64,000 nucleotides of DNA from an uncultured virus (IMG/VR IMGVR_UViG_3300027963_005142). Taxonomy: Duplodnaviria; Heunggongvirae; Uroviricota; Caudoviricetes. The stretch lies in the IMG/VR virus record IMGVR_UViG_3300027963_005142; one strand, given 5' to 3'. Positions within the stretch are counted from its first letter, which is position 1. Each line of letters opens with the position of its first letter. Both the position numbers and the translations under genes were made by a program. The notes below the pieces were generated by a model. That model did no database searches. It saw only the letters and a program-made list of their open reading frames with translations, and had not been told where the DNA came from. Shown here one piece after another: positions 26,418-36,269 of this stretch.

Positions 26418-28187
26418 GTGAGAAAGAAGAAGATCTTATTCGGAGCAAGCTACTCAGCAATAGAGCCGCTTGGTATACTGCATCTTGCTGGACTTGCAAG
26501 AGACTTAGGCTGGGATAGAAGCTTCCACTTAGTGAAGAATCACAGCTTCGAAGACTTCTTTAAGAAGGTTAATGAATACAGACCTGATGTCGTTGGATTC
26601 AATGTATACACAGGAAATCACACACAAATCAGAGAAGCATTTAAGAAACTAAAGAAAGACTATCCGGAGACTCAAATTATTGTCGGAGGACCTCATCCGA
26701 CCTACTTTCCAGTAGAGTCTTTGGAATACGCTGACTATGTTGTAATGAGCGAAGGAATTGGATCTCTCAGAAAAATACTAATAGGAGATGCAAAGCCCGG
26801 AATACTCCCTATGTCAACTGCTGAGTCTTTTCCTATACCTGATAGAGAGGCTTTCTACTCAGAGTATTCAGAGCATGCCAAGAGCAAGATAAAAAGTATC
26901 ATTACGATGACTGGATGTCCCTATACATGCACTTACTGCTACAATAGCAGCACAACAAGCGATCTTGTTAAGAACCTAACGCCCGATCTTGCAGGCACAA
27001 TAGCTAAAAATCTAGGAAAATCTGGTCGTCTTTTCCCTAAGAACGTAAGACATATAGAAAGTGTTCTTGCAGAAGCTAGAGAGATAGCTGAGAAATGGCA
27101 AACAGATGTTATCTACTTTCAAGATGACATATTCGGATTTGACATTAGACCAGATGGCTATCTTGAAAAGATGTCAGAAAGATGGCCTATTGAAGTTGCA
27201 ATACCTTTTCATTCTCAGATGCGCTGGGAGATGACTGTTAAGTCTCAAGGAGAGCGCCGTCTAGACTTGACTCGCAAGGCTGGAGGTTTTGGAATTACAC
27301 TTGCAATTGAAGCAGCTGATCCCACCATCCGAAAAGAAGTTCTTGATAGGTCTATGCCACAAGAGATGATCTTTGAAGGCATGAAAAACGTCATAGACAG
27401 GGGATTCAAGGTTAGATCTGAGCAAATTACTGGACTGCCGTACGGTGCAACATCTCAGAAGACTAAAATAAATCTTGATGCTGATCTTGAGCTCCTTGAG
27501 CTTAATGTCAATCTTAAAGAGAGGACAGGAGGACCAACAATGGCATGGGCTTCAACTCTTGCACCCTACAAGGGGACAAAGATGGGATCCTACTGTGAAG
27601 ATTTTGGTCACTACGAGAGCGACAACAACGATGTTCCTGACACTTTTTTTGAGAAATCAGTTCTAAGATTTCCAAAAGAGTGGATCGGACCAGAAATGAA
27701 GTACAAAAAATCAGATGATTCCATCTGGCTCTCAAGTGATGATCTTGACAAATACAGATCTCAAAATGCAGAGCTTAGGAAGCATTTCAATTTTTTCGCT
27801 GCAGTTCCAATGGGTCATGTTCTTGCTGAAAACTATCTTAAGAATGCAAAAGATTACTCATTTGGAACGCTAGGAGAGATGACGCTAACTCACTTAAGTG
27901 AAATATCTTCAGAAAAAAGAGAAGCTTCTGATTTAATCTCTAAGTCAAATTCAATCAAAGATCATATTTTATCTCTTTTTGTAAAAAATCCAAGAAAAGA
28001 TCTTCAAGATATGCTGAATCTTTCTTCTTACTTTGCTTGTCTACCGAAGCCAGATCTTGCAGTTGAAAAGACTCTGCAATATGCAGAGAAGAACAAAGAA
28101 GATTCAATTACATCTCTAACTTTATCTACTGCAATTAGGCATCATCTGTATGATAACGTCTTGTACTGTAATGACACAGGAGAATAG
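26418..28187 (+). CDS. B12-binding radical SAM enzyme
   Basis: EPLGILHL, VGGPHPT, GCPYTCTYC, FQDD. Confidence 0.9.
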   Translation: MRKKKILFGASYSAIEPLGILHLAGLARDLGWDRSFHLVKNHSFEDFFKKVNEYRPDVVGFNVYTGNHTQIREAFKKLKKDYPETQIIVGGPHPTYFPVESLEYADYVVMSEGIGSLRKILIGDAKPGILPMSTAESFPIPDREAFYSEYSEHAKSKIKSIITMTGCPYTCTYCYNSSTTSDLVKNLTPDLAGTIAKNLGKSGRLFPKNVRHIESVLAEAREIAEKWQTDVIYFQDDIFGFDIRPDGYLEKMSERWPIEVAIPFHSQMRWEMTVKSQGERRLDLTRKAGGFGITLAIEAADPTIRKEVLDRSMPQEMIFEGMKNVIDRGFKVRSEQITGLPYGATSQKTKINLDADLELLELNVNLKERTGGPTMAWASTLAPYKGTKMGSYCEDFGHYESDNNDVPDTFFEKSVLRFPKEWIGPEMKYKKSDDSIWLSSDDLDKYRSQNAELRKHFNFFAAVPMGHVLAENYLKNAKDYSFGTLGEMTLTHLSEISSEKREASDLISKSNSIKDHILSLFVKNPRKDLQDMLNLSSYFACLPKPDLAVEKTLQYAEKNKEDSITSLTLSTAIRHHLYDNVLYCNDTGE

Positions 28188-28189
28188 AC

Positions 28190-29083
28190 TTGAGAGTCTG
28201 CGTCACCGGAGCTTCTGGATTTATAGGTTCTAATCTTGTTAGTCTTCTCGAAGAAAAGAGATTTGAAGTCATAAAATGCGACCCAAGAGATCCTGAGTCG
28301 CTTAGTGCAGATTTGCTAATTTCAAACATTGAGAAAGGTAAAGTTGATGCTGTTATTCACCTCGGAGCAATTTCTTCTACTGTAGAAACAGATACGGTAG
28401 AGCTTTCTACAAATAACATCCTCCTAAGCTGTAGACTCCTAGAGAGATGTATTGCTGAAGGAGTGCCTTTTTCTTATGCATCATCAGCTTCTGTCTACGG
28501 CTCCGGTGATCTAGGCTTCTCTGAGGAACAGGCAATGACACCCTTGAACTATTACTCAATTAGCAAAGCTTCTTTTGACAGCTTTGTACTAAAGAAAATC
28601 AAGGACAACCCTGATGCAAAGATATTTGGAATGAGATATTTCAATGTCTACGGATCCGACGAAGCCCACAAGAAAGACATGGCAAGTCCTGTGTATAAGT
28701 TCTTCGACCAGTCTCTTAAAGAGAGAAAGATTAGACTTTTTGAAGGAAGTGAAAACTTCAAAAGAGACTTTATTCACGTAAAAGATGCAGCTCAGATAAC
28801 ACTTGACTCAATAAGATTCAAAGATTCTGGTATATACAATGTTGGAACTGGAGATGCAACCTCCTTTAAAGATGTTGCACAAATCATCGCTTCTCTTCTG
28901 GAATCAGAAATTATTGAGATTCCTTTTCCAGTTCACTTGAAAGAAAAATATCAAGTGTACACATGCAGCGACAATGCAAAGATATCGAAAGAATTTACTA
29001 AAAAGAGAATTTCAATTTCTGAAGGAATTAGAATGGTTGCTGGAGATCTATTAGATGAAAAGTTTGCTTCAAAACTTTACTAA
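28190..29083 (+). CDS. hldD: ADP-L-glycero-D-manno-heptose 6-epimerase-like
   Basis: TGASGFIGS, HLGAISST, YASSASVYG, PLNYYSISK, RYFNVYG, MASP, RDFIHV. Confidence 0.85.
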   Translation: MRVCVTGASGFIGSNLVSLLEEKRFEVIKCDPRDPESLSADLLISNIEKGKVDAVIHLGAISSTVETDTVELSTNNILLSCRLLERCIAEGVPFSYASSASVYGSGDLGFSEEQAMTPLNYYSISKASFDSFVLKKIKDNPDAKIFGMRYFNVYGSDEAHKKDMASPVYKFFDQSLKERKIRLFEGSENFKRDFIHVKDAAQITLDSIRFKDSGIYNVGTGDATSFKDVAQIIASLLESEIIEIPFPVHLKEKYQVYTCSDNAKISKEFTKKRISISEGIRMVAGDLLDEKFASKLY

Positions 29084-30095
29084 GGAAGACTGTGGAATCT
29101 ATTTTCACAGTGCTCCTCCGTCTCAGATGCTCTACGACAGCATCTGGAAAGAGTTTCACAATCTAGACCCTTTTGATGTGAAGAAACCTAAGAACCTAGA
29201 GATTACAGAGCAGAAATTATCTGCACTCATTCTACCAACTGCATTCTCTCAGTCTCAGATGATCAACTTCTCAAAAGACTTTAGTGTTTTAGAGGTATGT
29301 GCAGGTCACGGAAGTTTTTCACTAGCAGCAGTAAATCTAGGGTCTAGAAATGTCTACATGTGTGATGGTTCAAAAAGCACGCTACTCCACATGTCTGCTC
29401 TTCTAGAAGATCCAGAATACAGCGTTCACAAGCAAAGCTTGCATCTTCTCCAGGCAGATGCTGAATTAATTTCTAAAGCTTTTCCTAGAGAATCTTTTAA
29501 TCTGGTGTTCCAGCGATTTGCAATTCATCACATGAGAAACCCTGCTAAGACAGCATATGAACTTGCATCTCTCGTAAAGCCGGGCGGGATTCTATGTTTC
29601 AATTACTTTACAGAAGGATGTACGCATCAGATAAACAGAGATCTTAGATCTTTCTTTCTGAACAGAAATCTAGAGTACGTTAGAAGCGTTTTTCTTAACT
29701 TTGATCTTTGCAGAAGTGAAAAGAAAGATTCTCTTCTTAGAAGCGCTCTTTTTGAGAGCAATGACTTTAAGTTAAAGTTTCCAGATGTGCATGATTTTTT
29801 AATGAAGCTGGTTGAGAAATACGGATTTGATCTTCTTGCCAAAAAGATTCACTATGAAGATGCAAATACTCCTTATTTGCACAATATTGATAGAAGATAC
29901 ATGGAAAATTTTGTTACTGGACTAGGAATGCAGATATTAGACAAGAGAGATACTGTTGATGAACAGACCTTGACTCTCCAGGTCCCGCCCAGCGGAATCA
30001 GAATTCTTGAAGAATGGCAAATTCCTAATACTTCTGAATTTTCTGATGAAGATACTAGACTAGGCGATGAACTAATCGCTAGATGCGGAGTCTAA
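29055..30095 (+). CDS. Class I SAM-dependent methyltransferase
   Basis: VLEVCAGHG, FAIHH, LVKPGG. Confidence 0.8.
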   Translation: MKSLLQNFTKEDCGIYFHSAPPSQMLYDSIWKEFHNLDPFDVKKPKNLEITEQKLSALILPTAFSQSQMINFSKDFSVLEVCAGHGSFSLAAVNLGSRNVYMCDGSKSTLLHMSALLEDPEYSVHKQSLHLLQADAELISKAFPRESFNLVFQRFAIHHMRNPAKTAYELASLVKPGGILCFNYFTEGCTHQINRDLRSFFLNRNLEYVRSVFLNFDLCRSEKKDSLLRSALFESNDFKLKFPDVHDFLMKLVEKYGFDLLAKKIHYEDANTPYLHNIDRRYMENFVTGLGMQILDKRDTVDEQTLTLQVPPSGIRILEEWQIPNTSEFSDEDTRLGDELIARCGV

Positions 30096-30096
30096 T

Positions 30097-30489
30097 CTGA
30101 AAAAAGTCTTTACAAATGGATGCTTTGATGTATTACATGTCGGACACATTGAGCTACTGAAATTCTGCAAGTCAATTGGAGACGCTGTTGTTGTAGGCAT
30201 AAACAGCGATAGAAGCGTGAAATCTCTAAAGGGAGAGAAAAGACCCTTCAATAGCCAGAATGAGAGAAAGATCATTCTTGAAAGCTTAAAGTTTGTTGAT
30301 GAAGTTCACATCTTTGACGAAGAAACTCCGCTTACCCTTATATCTCAAGTAATGCCTGATGTTATAGTAAAGGGTGGCGACTACAAACCTGAAGATGTTG
30401 TAGGTAAAGTGTTTGCTGAAGTTATAATATTTGAGACAATAGATGGATATTCAACAACAAAAAAGATCGAAGATTTTACTAGTCGGTGA
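30097..30489 (+). CDS. Heptose-1-phosphate adenylyltransferase (RfaE domain II / HldC-like)
   Basis: The frame extends upstream of the track ORF to KKVFTNGCFDVLHVGH...GINSD; VKGGDY and STT motifs; only plausible start is CTG at 30097. Confidence 0.85.
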   Translation: MKKVFTNGCFDVLHVGHIELLKFCKSIGDAVVVGINSDRSVKSLKGEKRPFNSQNERKIILESLKFVDEVHIFDEETPLTLISQVMPDVIVKGGDYKPEDVVGKVFAEVIIFETIDGYSTTKKIEDFTSR

Positions 30490-31228
30490 TGCTTGCATCG
30501 ACAGGTATGTCTTCGGTGTCTGTGATCGACTGAGTCCCGAAGCGCCAGTACCGATCATAAGGCAGACAAAGTCTATCGACATTTCAGGAATGTCAGGAAA
30601 TGTTTTTTCAAATATAGTCTCAATGAGTAAAAACATTGAAGTAGACTTAGACTGGATACGACCTGATCCTGCTACGATAGTGAAGACAAGATTCATAGAC
30701 TTGAGATCTAAGAATCATCTTCTTAGATATGACGTGGACCCCATGCAGGATCCTGCCGCACATTTAGATGAAAGAAAGCTGCTAGAGTACGATCTGATCG
30801 TGATTAGCGACTATGATAAGGGCTTTCTAACTAGAGAAGAGATAGAATCTATAACTTCTCTTGCAAGCTGTAGAGTTCTAGTAGACACTAAGAAGAAAGA
30901 TTTATCATGCTTTCACAAGTGCTTGATAAAAATAAATGAGCAAGAATCAAATCTTGCAAAGAACATCAACGACACGTGCGATCTCATAGTGACAACAGGA
31001 AGCAGCGGAGCCCTATACAAGGGAAAAACTTACGAAACAAAAAAAGTAGATGCACACGATGTCTGCGGTGCTGGAGACGTATTTCTCTCTGCGCTTGCTG
31101 TTAGACTGATCGAGACTAATGACCTTGATAAGGCAATTAGAACTGCTAACTCATGCGCAAGTCACAGTGTAACAAAGATTGGAACTTATACAGTCACTAG
31201 TGAAGAGTATGAAAACCTACGTGTTTGA
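30443..31228 (+). CDS. PfkB-family heptose-7-phosphate kinase (RfaE domain I / HldA-like)
   Basis: VGDACID, RLSPEAPVP, SDYDKG, DVCGAGD. Confidence 0.88.
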   Translation: MDIQQQKRSKILLVGDACIDRYVFGVCDRLSPEAPVPIIRQTKSIDISGMSGNVFSNIVSMSKNIEVDLDWIRPDPATIVKTRFIDLRSKNHLLRYDVDPMQDPAAHLDERKLLEYDLIVISDYDKGFLTREEIESITSLASCRVLVDTKKKDLSCFHKCLIKINEQESNLAKNINDTCDLIVTTGSSGALYKGKTYETKKVDAHDVCGAGDVFLSALAVRLIETNDLDKAIRTANSCASHSVTKIGTYTVTSEEYENLRV

Positions 31229-31535
31229 CATCGATGGAACTATTTGCTTTCCATCAGAGCAAGGAGAATATGAAAATTCTCTACCGCTCAAAGACAGGAT
31301 TGAAAAAATCAATATCCTCTTCGAAGAAGGAAACATTATTCTCTTCCACACAGCTAGAGGCATGAGAAGAAATAACAATAATTCTGATCTTGCTACCTTG
31401 CAATTCTTAGAAATTACAAAGAAGCAGCTTAGTGAATGGAATGTTAAATACCACCGACTTATAATGGGAAAACCAAGCGCTGATTTCTACGTTGACGACA
31501 AAGGAGTGAAAGATGAAGACTTCTTCAGAGATTAA
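31209..31535 (+). CDS. HAD-family phosphatase (capsule-biosynthesis type)
   Basis: FDIDGT, HTARG, MGKP, YVDDK. Confidence 0.82.
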   Translation: MKTYVFDIDGTICFPSEQGEYENSLPLKDRIEKINILFEEGNIILFHTARGMRRNNNNSDLATLQFLEITKKQLSEWNVKYHRLIMGKPSADFYVDDKGVKDEDFFRD

Positions 31536-31872
31536 ATTTGTGCCCAAAGGTTGGGGATTTGAGAAATGGGTAGTGAACTGTCCAGAGTATTGTGGAAAAG
31601 TTCTATACTTTGTGCAGGGAAAGAAGTGCTCGTGGCACTATCACAAGCTCAAAGATGAAGTTTTCTACATACAGTCAGGAAAAGTTTTAGTTCGATATTC
31701 TAGAGAAGACGAGATAAGCAAATCAGATGAGATTATCCTCGAGAAGGGAGATAGCTTTCACGTTGATAGGGGTTTAAGACACCAAGTTTTTGCACTGCAA
31801 GATTCTGAAGTATTTGAGTTCTCAACTCAGCACTTTGATGAGGACTCTTATAGAATTGAAAAAGGAGATTAG
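31513..31872 (+). CDS. Cupin sugar isomerase-like protein
   Basis: PKGWG, SWHYHKLKDE, LRHQ, EFST, DSYR. Confidence 0.82.
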   Translation: MKTSSEIKFVPKGWGFEKWVVNCPEYCGKVLYFVQGKKCSWHYHKLKDEVFYIQSGKVLVRYSREDEISKSDEIILEKGDSFHVDRGLRHQVFALQDSEVFEFSTQHFDEDSYRIEKGD

Positions 31873-31873
31873 T

Positions 31874-32581
31874 ATGAAATTTGAGAAGAATAGAGTTCTT
31901 CTTGATGGAAGCATTGAGAAGACTAGAGACTTTGAAGGCGGAAATTTCTGGTTATTCATCCAGAATGCACTGGCCTCAGTAGGATTTGATGCTAGCGGAA
32001 TTAAGTACTTTGAAGTAGGTCCCAAGCATGGTCTTCATACAGTTGCAATTGACAACTACCACCCCGAAAGCATCACTTGTGTAGAAGCTCCTAATAAATT
32101 TAGATCTAACGAAATCTTTAGTCGTCAAAACGGAAGCTGGGTAGGTTTTGTCAAGACTGAAAAGTTTGATTTTCACTATCAAGACTTTAGTGAATACACC
32201 TCGAACAAGACTTTCGACCTTCTTTTCTACTCTGGAATTATTTATCATAATATTGACCAGATTGGTCAGCTTAGAAAGCTTCATGAAATCGCCAGTCCTG
32301 GAGCTTATCTGGCGTTTGAGTCTTCTACGACAAGAACAGAGTCTCTAATTGATCTCAATGTTATTGAGGTTCACCATCCGCCCTACTCTAGCATGTATAG
32401 AGATGTTGAAACTTGTCTTTTTCATCCTTCAAAGAAGGCATGCAAGTCAATGCTAGAAATTACAGGCTGGGAGATTGTTGATGACTCAGATAATCATGAA
32501 GAATTTTCTAGTCTTGATAGGATTTCCATCCTCTGCAAAAAGAGCACACCAAAGAGAAATAGACACTTAGTTGAGAAATAG
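31874..32581 (+). CDS. SAM-dependent methyltransferase-like protein
   Basis: FEVGPKHG, FDLLFYSGIIYH, PGAYLAFE. Confidence 0.7.
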   Translation: MKFEKNRVLLDGSIEKTRDFEGGNFWLFIQNALASVGFDASGIKYFEVGPKHGLHTVAIDNYHPESITCVEAPNKFRSNEIFSRQNGSWVGFVKTEKFDFHYQDFSEYTSNKTFDLLFYSGIIYHNIDQIGQLRKLHEIASPGAYLAFESSTTRTESLIDLNVIEVHHPPYSSMYRDVETCLFHPSKKACKSMLEITGWEIVDDSDNHEEFSSLDRISILCKKSTPKRNRHLVEK

Positions 32582-32595
32582 TGTTTCTCACATAT

Positions 32596-32623
32596 TTCAC
32601 TGAATTAGTGATTGCTGTAGTAT
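32596..32623 (+). promoter_or_regulatory. Putative sigma70 promoter with an overlapping palindrome
   Basis: TTCACT...TAGTAT; tcact-gaatt-agtga inverted repeat. Confidence 0.45.
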
Positions 32624-32638
32624 CCTGAAGAGGACGCT

Positions 32639-34264
32639 ATGAAAATTGCCGGTGTATGGTCAGGACACGACTGCTCTTTTTGCATTTTGCAAGAAGGAAA
32701 GCCAGTCATCCACGCAGAGCTTGAGAGGTACGCTAGAGAGAAAAATCCGCAAGGAGATTCAATCGGATTTCTCTTTGATCGTCTTGGATCTTGCGAAGAC
32801 GTTAGTCATTTCGTCTCTGTGTATCCTCAAAAAAAGATTAAACAATACTCAGAATCATATGAAAAAGCCTTAAAGATCTGCAGAGAAAACGGCGGAGATT
32901 TTCATTTTGTTTCTCACCACCTTGCACATGCAGCGCACGCTTTCTATTCAAGCAATCTCTCTGAATCAGTTGTTGTCACCATAGACGGCGGTGGCGTCGA
33001 AGACGATCGAGGCGGAGAATCAGCGTGTTCTGTCTACTACGGATTAGGAAATAGCCTAAAGCATCTAAAAACTTTTAGTCCTGCAGAGATCAATATTGGA
33101 GGAGTCTGGACAAGAGTTGTTAGATATGTCTTTAGACTTAACAACGGTTGGCCTCTCGGCGGTCAGGAAGGAACCGTAATGGCTCTTGCTGCGCTTGGAG
33201 ATCCAAAGAAGTACTTTGAAGACTTCAAGACCATGCTTACGAGAGACATTCTACCAGCTGGTTTCAAGCCGCCTAACCAGCCGCCTGGTGCAACTTCGCC
33301 CAATGATCCTATCCATCCTTATCTTAATCCATGGGTCCAGCTCGCAGACAGCTCTGATCAAGAGAAATACGATCTTGCAGCAGGTCTTCAGGCAGCAACT
33401 GAATGGGTTCTTCAAAAGCTTCTAGAGAATGTCATCTCTCAGACTAAATCAAAAAATCTTTGTCTAGCTGGTGGCGTATCTCTAAACTCTGTTGCAATGG
33501 GAAAGATTAAGGCATGGTTTCCTGATCTTGAAAATGTCTATATTCCTCCGGTCCCTTATGATGGAGGTTTGTGTCTAGGTGCATCTCAGTACTTGTGGCA
33601 CCATGTTCTAGGAAATCCTAGAGTCGCTTGGAAAGATAGTTTTTCTCCCTACCTTGGAGAAGTCTGGGACACCAACAGCGTAAATTTGGCTCTTTCTGAT
33701 GTACCTGAAAACAGGATTAAGAGAGAAGCGACTGATCAAGAAGTCGTAGATCTCTTGGCTGAGGGGAAGATTATCTCAGTTTTTAACTCTAGAAGTGAAT
33801 CAGGAAGAAGGGCACTTGGAAATAGAAGCATTCTTGCAGACCCAAGGTCTGCAGATATGAAAGATCGTGTCAATCTAAAGGTAAAACATAGACAATGGTT
33901 TAGACCTTTTGCACCCTCAGTGCTTGCTGATCACGTAGAGGACTGGTTTATTTCTCCTCAGAGTAGTCCATACATGCAATTTGTTATTCCCTTTAGGGAA
34001 GAAGTAAAGAGTAGAGTTCCTGCAGTTGTTCACTTTGATGGAACTGCAAGACTTCAGACAGTCCACAAGGATGATAATCCCTGGTACTATGGGTTCATTA
34101 ATCTTTGGTTTGAAAAGACGGGTGTGCCTATTGTTCTCAACACAAGCTTTAATGACAGAGAACCCATCTGTGAGAATCCGAAGCACGCAGTTAGCTGCTT
34201 TATGGGAACTGATATTGACTATCTTTACTTCCCAGAGCACTCAATTCTGGTTAGAAAGGAGTAG
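32639..34264 (+). CDS. Carbamoyltransferase (NodU/CmcH family), copy 1
   Basis: GHD, HHLAHAAHAF, DGGG, GGVSLN, GRRALGNRSILADP, RPFAPS, NTSFN. Confidence 0.93.
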   Translation: MKIAGVWSGHDCSFCILQEGKPVIHAELERYAREKNPQGDSIGFLFDRLGSCEDVSHFVSVYPQKKIKQYSESYEKALKICRENGGDFHFVSHHLAHAAHAFYSSNLSESVVVTIDGGGVEDDRGGESACSVYYGLGNSLKHLKTFSPAEINIGGVWTRVVRYVFRLNNGWPLGGQEGTVMALAALGDPKKYFEDFKTMLTRDILPAGFKPPNQPPGATSPNDPIHPYLNPWVQLADSSDQEKYDLAAGLQAATEWVLQKLLENVISQTKSKNLCLAGGVSLNSVAMGKIKAWFPDLENVYIPPVPYDGGLCLGASQYLWHHVLGNPRVAWKDSFSPYLGEVWDTNSVNLALSDVPENRIKREATDQEVVDLLAEGKIISVFNSRSESGRRALGNRSILADPRSADMKDRVNLKVKHRQWFRPFAPSVLADHVEDWFISPQSSPYMQFVIPFREEVKSRVPAVVHFDGTARLQTVHKDDNPWYYGFINLWFEKTGVPIVLNTSFNDREPICENPKHAVSCFMGTDIDYLYFPEHSILVRKE

Positions 34265-34267
34265 ACC

Positions 34268-35305
34268 TTGAGAGTCTTAATTACCGGCTCTGGCGGACTT
34301 ATTGGAAGCGAAGCAGCTTCACACTGGCTTAAGAAAGGATGCAAAGTCTACGGATTAGACAATAACACAAGACAGACACTCTTTGGACCGGGAGGAGATG
34401 TTACACCTGTTATTCGATCTCTATCAAAGAATTCAAAGTACAATCATGTTCACATCTCTATCACAGACAGAGAATCAGTTCTAAATGCACTCAGAGATAT
34501 TGAACCAGATGTTGTCATACACGCTGCAGCTCAGCCTTCACATGATAAAGCTGCAGATATTCCATTTGAAGATTTTAACATTAACGCTGTTGGAACTTTA
34601 AACCTTCTAGAGGCTACTAGGCTCTATGCTAAGGATGCTACGTTTATTCATGTTAGCACTAACAAGGTCTATGGAGACGGTCCCAACAATCTCGAAATTA
34701 GCGAGAGCAAACTAAGATGTGACTTTTCTTCAGAGAAGTATTTGAATGGAATAGATGAGAATTTTTCAATAGATCAAAATCTTCACTCTCTCTTTGGAGC
34801 GTCAAAGGCATCTGCTGATCTACTTGCTCAAGAGTATGGAAGATATTTTGGAATGAATACCGGAATATTTCGAGGAGGCTGCCTAACAGGACCTCAGCAT
34901 GCCGGAGTTGAGTTGCATGGTTTTCTTTCCTATATCGTTAAATGCGCCGTTGAAGGAAAAAGATATAAGATTTTCGGATACAAGGGTAAGCAAGTTAGAG
35001 ACCAAATTCACTGTAGAGATGTAGTAAGCTGCTTTGAAAGATTCATAGAATCTCCAAGAAAGGGTGAAGTCTACAATCTTGGAGGCGAAAAAAAGAATAG
35101 TGCATCTGTTCTCGAAGTTATCCAGAAGATTGAGTCTCTTACTGGGCACAGTCTTGATTATGAGTATGTAGACAAGAACAGGATCGGAGACCATATCTGC
35201 TACTACACAGACATGAGCAAGTTTAAGAGCCATTATCCTGGATGGGAAATTTCAACAAGTCTTGATGACATTATTTGCGAAATATCTGAACAAAGATCTA
35301 GGTAG
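34268..35305 (+). CDS. NAD-dependent epimerase (CDP-paratose 2-epimerase-like)
   Basis: TGSGGLIG, AAQPSHD, STNKVYG, SLFGASK, GKQVRD. Confidence 0.88.
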   Translation: MRVLITGSGGLIGSEAASHWLKKGCKVYGLDNNTRQTLFGPGGDVTPVIRSLSKNSKYNHVHISITDRESVLNALRDIEPDVVIHAAAQPSHDKAADIPFEDFNINAVGTLNLLEATRLYAKDATFIHVSTNKVYGDGPNNLEISESKLRCDFSSEKYLNGIDENFSIDQNLHSLFGASKASADLLAQEYGRYFGMNTGIFRGGCLTGPQHAGVELHGFLSYIVKCAVEGKRYKIFGYKGKQVRDQIHCRDVVSCFERFIESPRKGEVYNLGGEKKNSASVLEVIQKIESLTGHSLDYEYVDKNRIGDHICYYTDMSKFKSHYPGWEISTSLDDIICEISEQRSR

Positions 35306-35321
35306 TGCTTTAATTGACCCT

Positions 35322-36269
35322 ATGCAGGAGAAATTCTTGGATAAAGTTACTTTTGGAATCATAAACTGCAACAGACTTCACTATCTAAAGAGCTGTTTTG
35401 AGTCAATTGTCACAACGACTACTGAATACTCAAGCAAAGAGTTTATCGTAGTAGACAACGCCTCTGTCGAAAATGGCACTGATGAATATCTGAGAGAACT
35501 AGAAGATAGGGGTGTCAAGGTCTTTAGATCTGCTCAGAGAGATCCTGCAAATGAATTTGCAAAGGGTCTAAACACAGTGTGTAAAGAAGCCACTGGAGAC
35601 TTCATCATTCCTCTCCAGGGAGATATGCAGTTTGTTCTAGACGGATGGCTTACTGAATTTGTTAGCTTCTATAAGGCTAATATTAATAACACGGGCTGCA
35701 TATCACTCGACGCCCAGAGAAGAGTAACGCATAGGTCTCATGAAAGATTCATGACAAACTTCTTTGGAGAAGGAAAGATTAAGTTCTGCTTCGATCTGGA
35801 GCGGTCCGGATTTTCAGGAGCAGGAGACTGTATGTACTCTCGAAAAATGGTAGAGACTTTCTTTCCGTGGAACGAGAATAACGTCAACCACGAGGGAACA
35901 CTTGACTCTGAAACTGCAATGCTTGAGAAGGTTAAAAAGATAAAAAGAGAAAATTCTCTTGAGGTCTACTGCGCAGTTCCGGCCATCCCAGCATCCATTG
36001 CAATATACACAGATCAGCGCGGGACCAACGCCAGAGTTAGAGGAAACAGGAGGTATGGGCAATATTGGGCTGCAAAGGGACCTAGATCCAGATATTACGA
36101 GACGCTGACCATTGATGTAGCACTACAGCGGTATGCACAGTTTCCAGTCTCAATTGAAGACATTGCAGATCCAATTGGATGGTCTGCTCCGATTGATTCT
36201 AGAGGCTCTTGGATGAAAAATCCAATTAGACCAGAATCTGCATTACCAGAAGATTTTGAGGAGATCTAG
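35322..36269 (+). CDS. Glycosyltransferase family 2-like
   Basis: NRLHYLK, VVDNAS, LQGD; start position uncertain. Confidence 0.75.
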   Translation: MQEKFLDKVTFGIINCNRLHYLKSCFESIVTTTTEYSSKEFIVVDNASVENGTDEYLRELEDRGVKVFRSAQRDPANEFAKGLNTVCKEATGDFIIPLQGDMQFVLDGWLTEFVSFYKANINNTGCISLDAQRRVTHRSHERFMTNFFGEGKIKFCFDLERSGFSGAGDCMYSRKMVETFFPWNENNVNHEGTLDSETAMLEKVKKIKRENSLEVYCAVPAIPASIAIYTDQRGTNARVRGNRRYGQYWAAKGPRSRYYETLTIDVALQRYAQFPVSIEDIADPIGWSAPIDSRGSWMKNPIRPESALPEDFEEI

